DNA of 64,000 bases from Candidatus Amesbacteria bacterium (GTDB lineage: Bacteria; Patescibacteriota; Microgenomatia; CAZETR01; Amesbacteraceae): NCBI GenBank assembly GCA_963736875.1, contig CAVTQH010000003.1, forward strand, positions 129,756-193,755, in the 5' to 3' direction. Positions 62,501-64,000 of the stretch are shown here, in pieces. The notes below the pieces were generated by a model. The model did no database searches, was not told where the DNA came from, and was given only the letters and a program-made list of their open reading frames with translations. Both the position numbers and the translations under genes were made by a program. The stretch's first letter is position 1, and every line of letters starts with the position of its first letter.

Positions 62501-64000
62501 ATATCGTCAACCCCGTGGTCCAGGCATCCTGGCCGCTTTTATACTGCAGAGTCAAAGGACCCATGTCGGGCCTGATGACATTGCCGGCGGTGAAGATTCC
62601 GGCCACGGAAGCGGTGCCGGATGTCAGGAGATTGCCGGTGTCGGCATATACATGGAAGAGAGCGGAGGCGGTGGCCGTTCCCCCTATCGCCAGATCAGCC
62701 GTGGTCGAGAAAGGCGCCAGGACGCCGGCGTTTAACTGCCAGAAACCGAACTGGCCGGATGAAGGACCGTAACAGACGGAGCCTGACAGACAGACGGTGC
62801 CGGTCGCATCCGGGAAAGTGATGATGTGGGAGGAAGTCTGGGCGGAAGTCAGAGTCAGAGTGTTGGTGGTACCCAGGACCAGCTGGTTGGTGGCCGGTGA
62901 AAAGTGCCGGAGAGAAGGTTGGCCGCGCCGGTGTTGGCGATGTTGTAGGTGGTGGCTCCGCCGAAACTGACACCCTGGCTGAACTGGGTGTAGTTGGCGA
63001 CGCCGGTCAAAGTCTTGGTGTTGGGCAGAGTAACGGTGCCGGCCGTCGTCACATTACCCGTCCCGGGAGCGACGGAGAAGTTACTGCCGCCGACGGTTAA
63101 ATTGGCCGTGGTCACATCCAGGCCGTTGGTGGCATCGACGTTGCCGGCAAAAGTGGCCAGGCCGGTTTCGCCTATGGTCAACCCCGTGGTCCAGGCATCC
63201 TGGCCGCTTTTATACTGCAGAGTCAAAGGACCCATGTCGGGCCTGATGACATTGCCGGCGGTGAAGATTCCGGCCACGGAAGCGGTGCCGGATGTCAGGA
63301 GGTTGCCGGTGTCGGCATATACATGGAAGAGAGCGGAGGCGGTGGCCGTTCCCCCTATGGCCAGATCCAGAGTGGTCGAGAAAGGCGCCAGGATGCCGTC
63401 GTTTAACTGCCAGAAACCGAACTGGCCGGATGAAGGACCGTAACAGACGGAGCCCGACAGACAGACGGTGCCGGTGGCATCCGGGAAAGTGATGATGTGG
63501 GAGGAAGTCTGGGCGGAAGTCAGAGTCAGAGTGTTGGTGGTACCCAGGACCAGCTGGTTGGTGGCCGGGTGAAAAGTGCCGGAGAGAAGGTTGGCCGCTC
63601 CGGTATTGGCGATGTTGTAGGTGGTGGCTCCGCCGAAACCGACGCCGTTACTGAACTGGGTGTAGCCGGCGACGCCGGTCAAAGTCTGGGTGTTGGGCAG
63701 AGTAATGGTGCCGGCCGTCGTCACATTACCGGTCCCGGGAGCGACACTGAAGTTACTGCCGCCGACGGTTAAATTGGCCGTGGTCACATCCAGGCCGTTG
63801 GTGGCGTCGACGTTGCCGGCGAAAGTGGCCAGGCCGGTTTCACTGATGGTTAACCCCGTGGTCCAGGCATCAAGGCCGCTTTTATACTGCAGAGTCAAAG
63901 GACCCATGTCGGGCCGGATGACATTGCCGGCGGTGAAGATTCCGGCCACGGAAGCGGTGCCGGATGTCAGGAGGTTGCCGGTGTCGGCATATACATGGAA
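50532..64000 (-). CDS. Giant phage-tail-fibre-like surface protein (>4400 aa, 5' end beyond window), split by four 1-bp frameshifts
   Basis: ORFs 62855..63949, 62022..62606, 53156..62137, 50917..53337 and 50532..51227 are collinear pieces joined by shared repeats; beta-helix ~53440-54430; DFAEY/NYAEY domains; C-terminal NWWVIN domain. Confidence 0.8.
53095..59350 (-). repeat. Dispersed internal duplications in the fibre gene
   Basis: FRELAAGGSEYVGFKGPDAITTS module at ~57030, 56130, 54990, 53250; ANDFWQRTDGSLAPS block duplicated about 1.2 kb apart (~58000 and ~59210). Confidence 0.9.
60660..64000 (-). repeat. 672-bp (224-aa) tandem repeat, about 5 copies, continuing past the window end
   Basis: GCCAGAAACCGAACTGGCC recurs at 60721, 61393, 62065, 62738, 63409. 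Confidence 0.97.

Noticed and set aside
1-64000. CRISPR array or cas genes
   Set aside because: No 25-45-bp repeats with unique spacers; all long repeats are in-frame coding repeats; no cas motifs.
27455-64000. Many + strand ORFs (e.g. 32136..32807 poly-Pro, repeated 149-aa ORFs)
   Set aside because: Antisense shadows of Gly/Thr-rich minus-strand genes; they repeat with the coding repeats.

Overview
The window looks like chromosomal DNA from a Patescibacteria (CPR) bacterium, most likely Microgenomates. This is inferred from the archaeal-type ProRS, split ComEC, near-leaderless genes and giant DUF2341/LamG proteins. 1-7.4 kb holds two paralogous secreted-protein genes that share a near-identical 2.19-kb 3' part but have different N-terminal parts, separated by a lipoprotein gene and followed by two tRNA-Ala genes. 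7.6-27 kb is mostly core: an O-antigen-ligase/TPR protein, a RAYT transposase, a membrane-anchored integrase-SAM protein, leuS, comEA, split comEC, two glycosyltransferases, tyrS, proS, an AbiL/RloAB-like defence pair, uppS with a C-terminal extension, and three tandem double-zinc-ribbon membrane proteins. 27-64 kb is one co-oriented minus-strand block: a >13.4-kb phage-tail-fibre-like gene (672-bp tandem repeats, beta-helix, two DxAE chaperone-like domains), three giant DUF2341/LamG genes, an AbiEi/AbiEii toxin-antitoxin pair embedded among them, and a small HTH gene. The most striking structure is that the giant proteins appear to be built by domain insertion at fixed sites, including a three-level self-nested ('Russian doll') module. 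Seven single-base frameshifts occur, all in accessory genes; they may be long-read errors. Domain names come from motif recognition by eye, not database searches.
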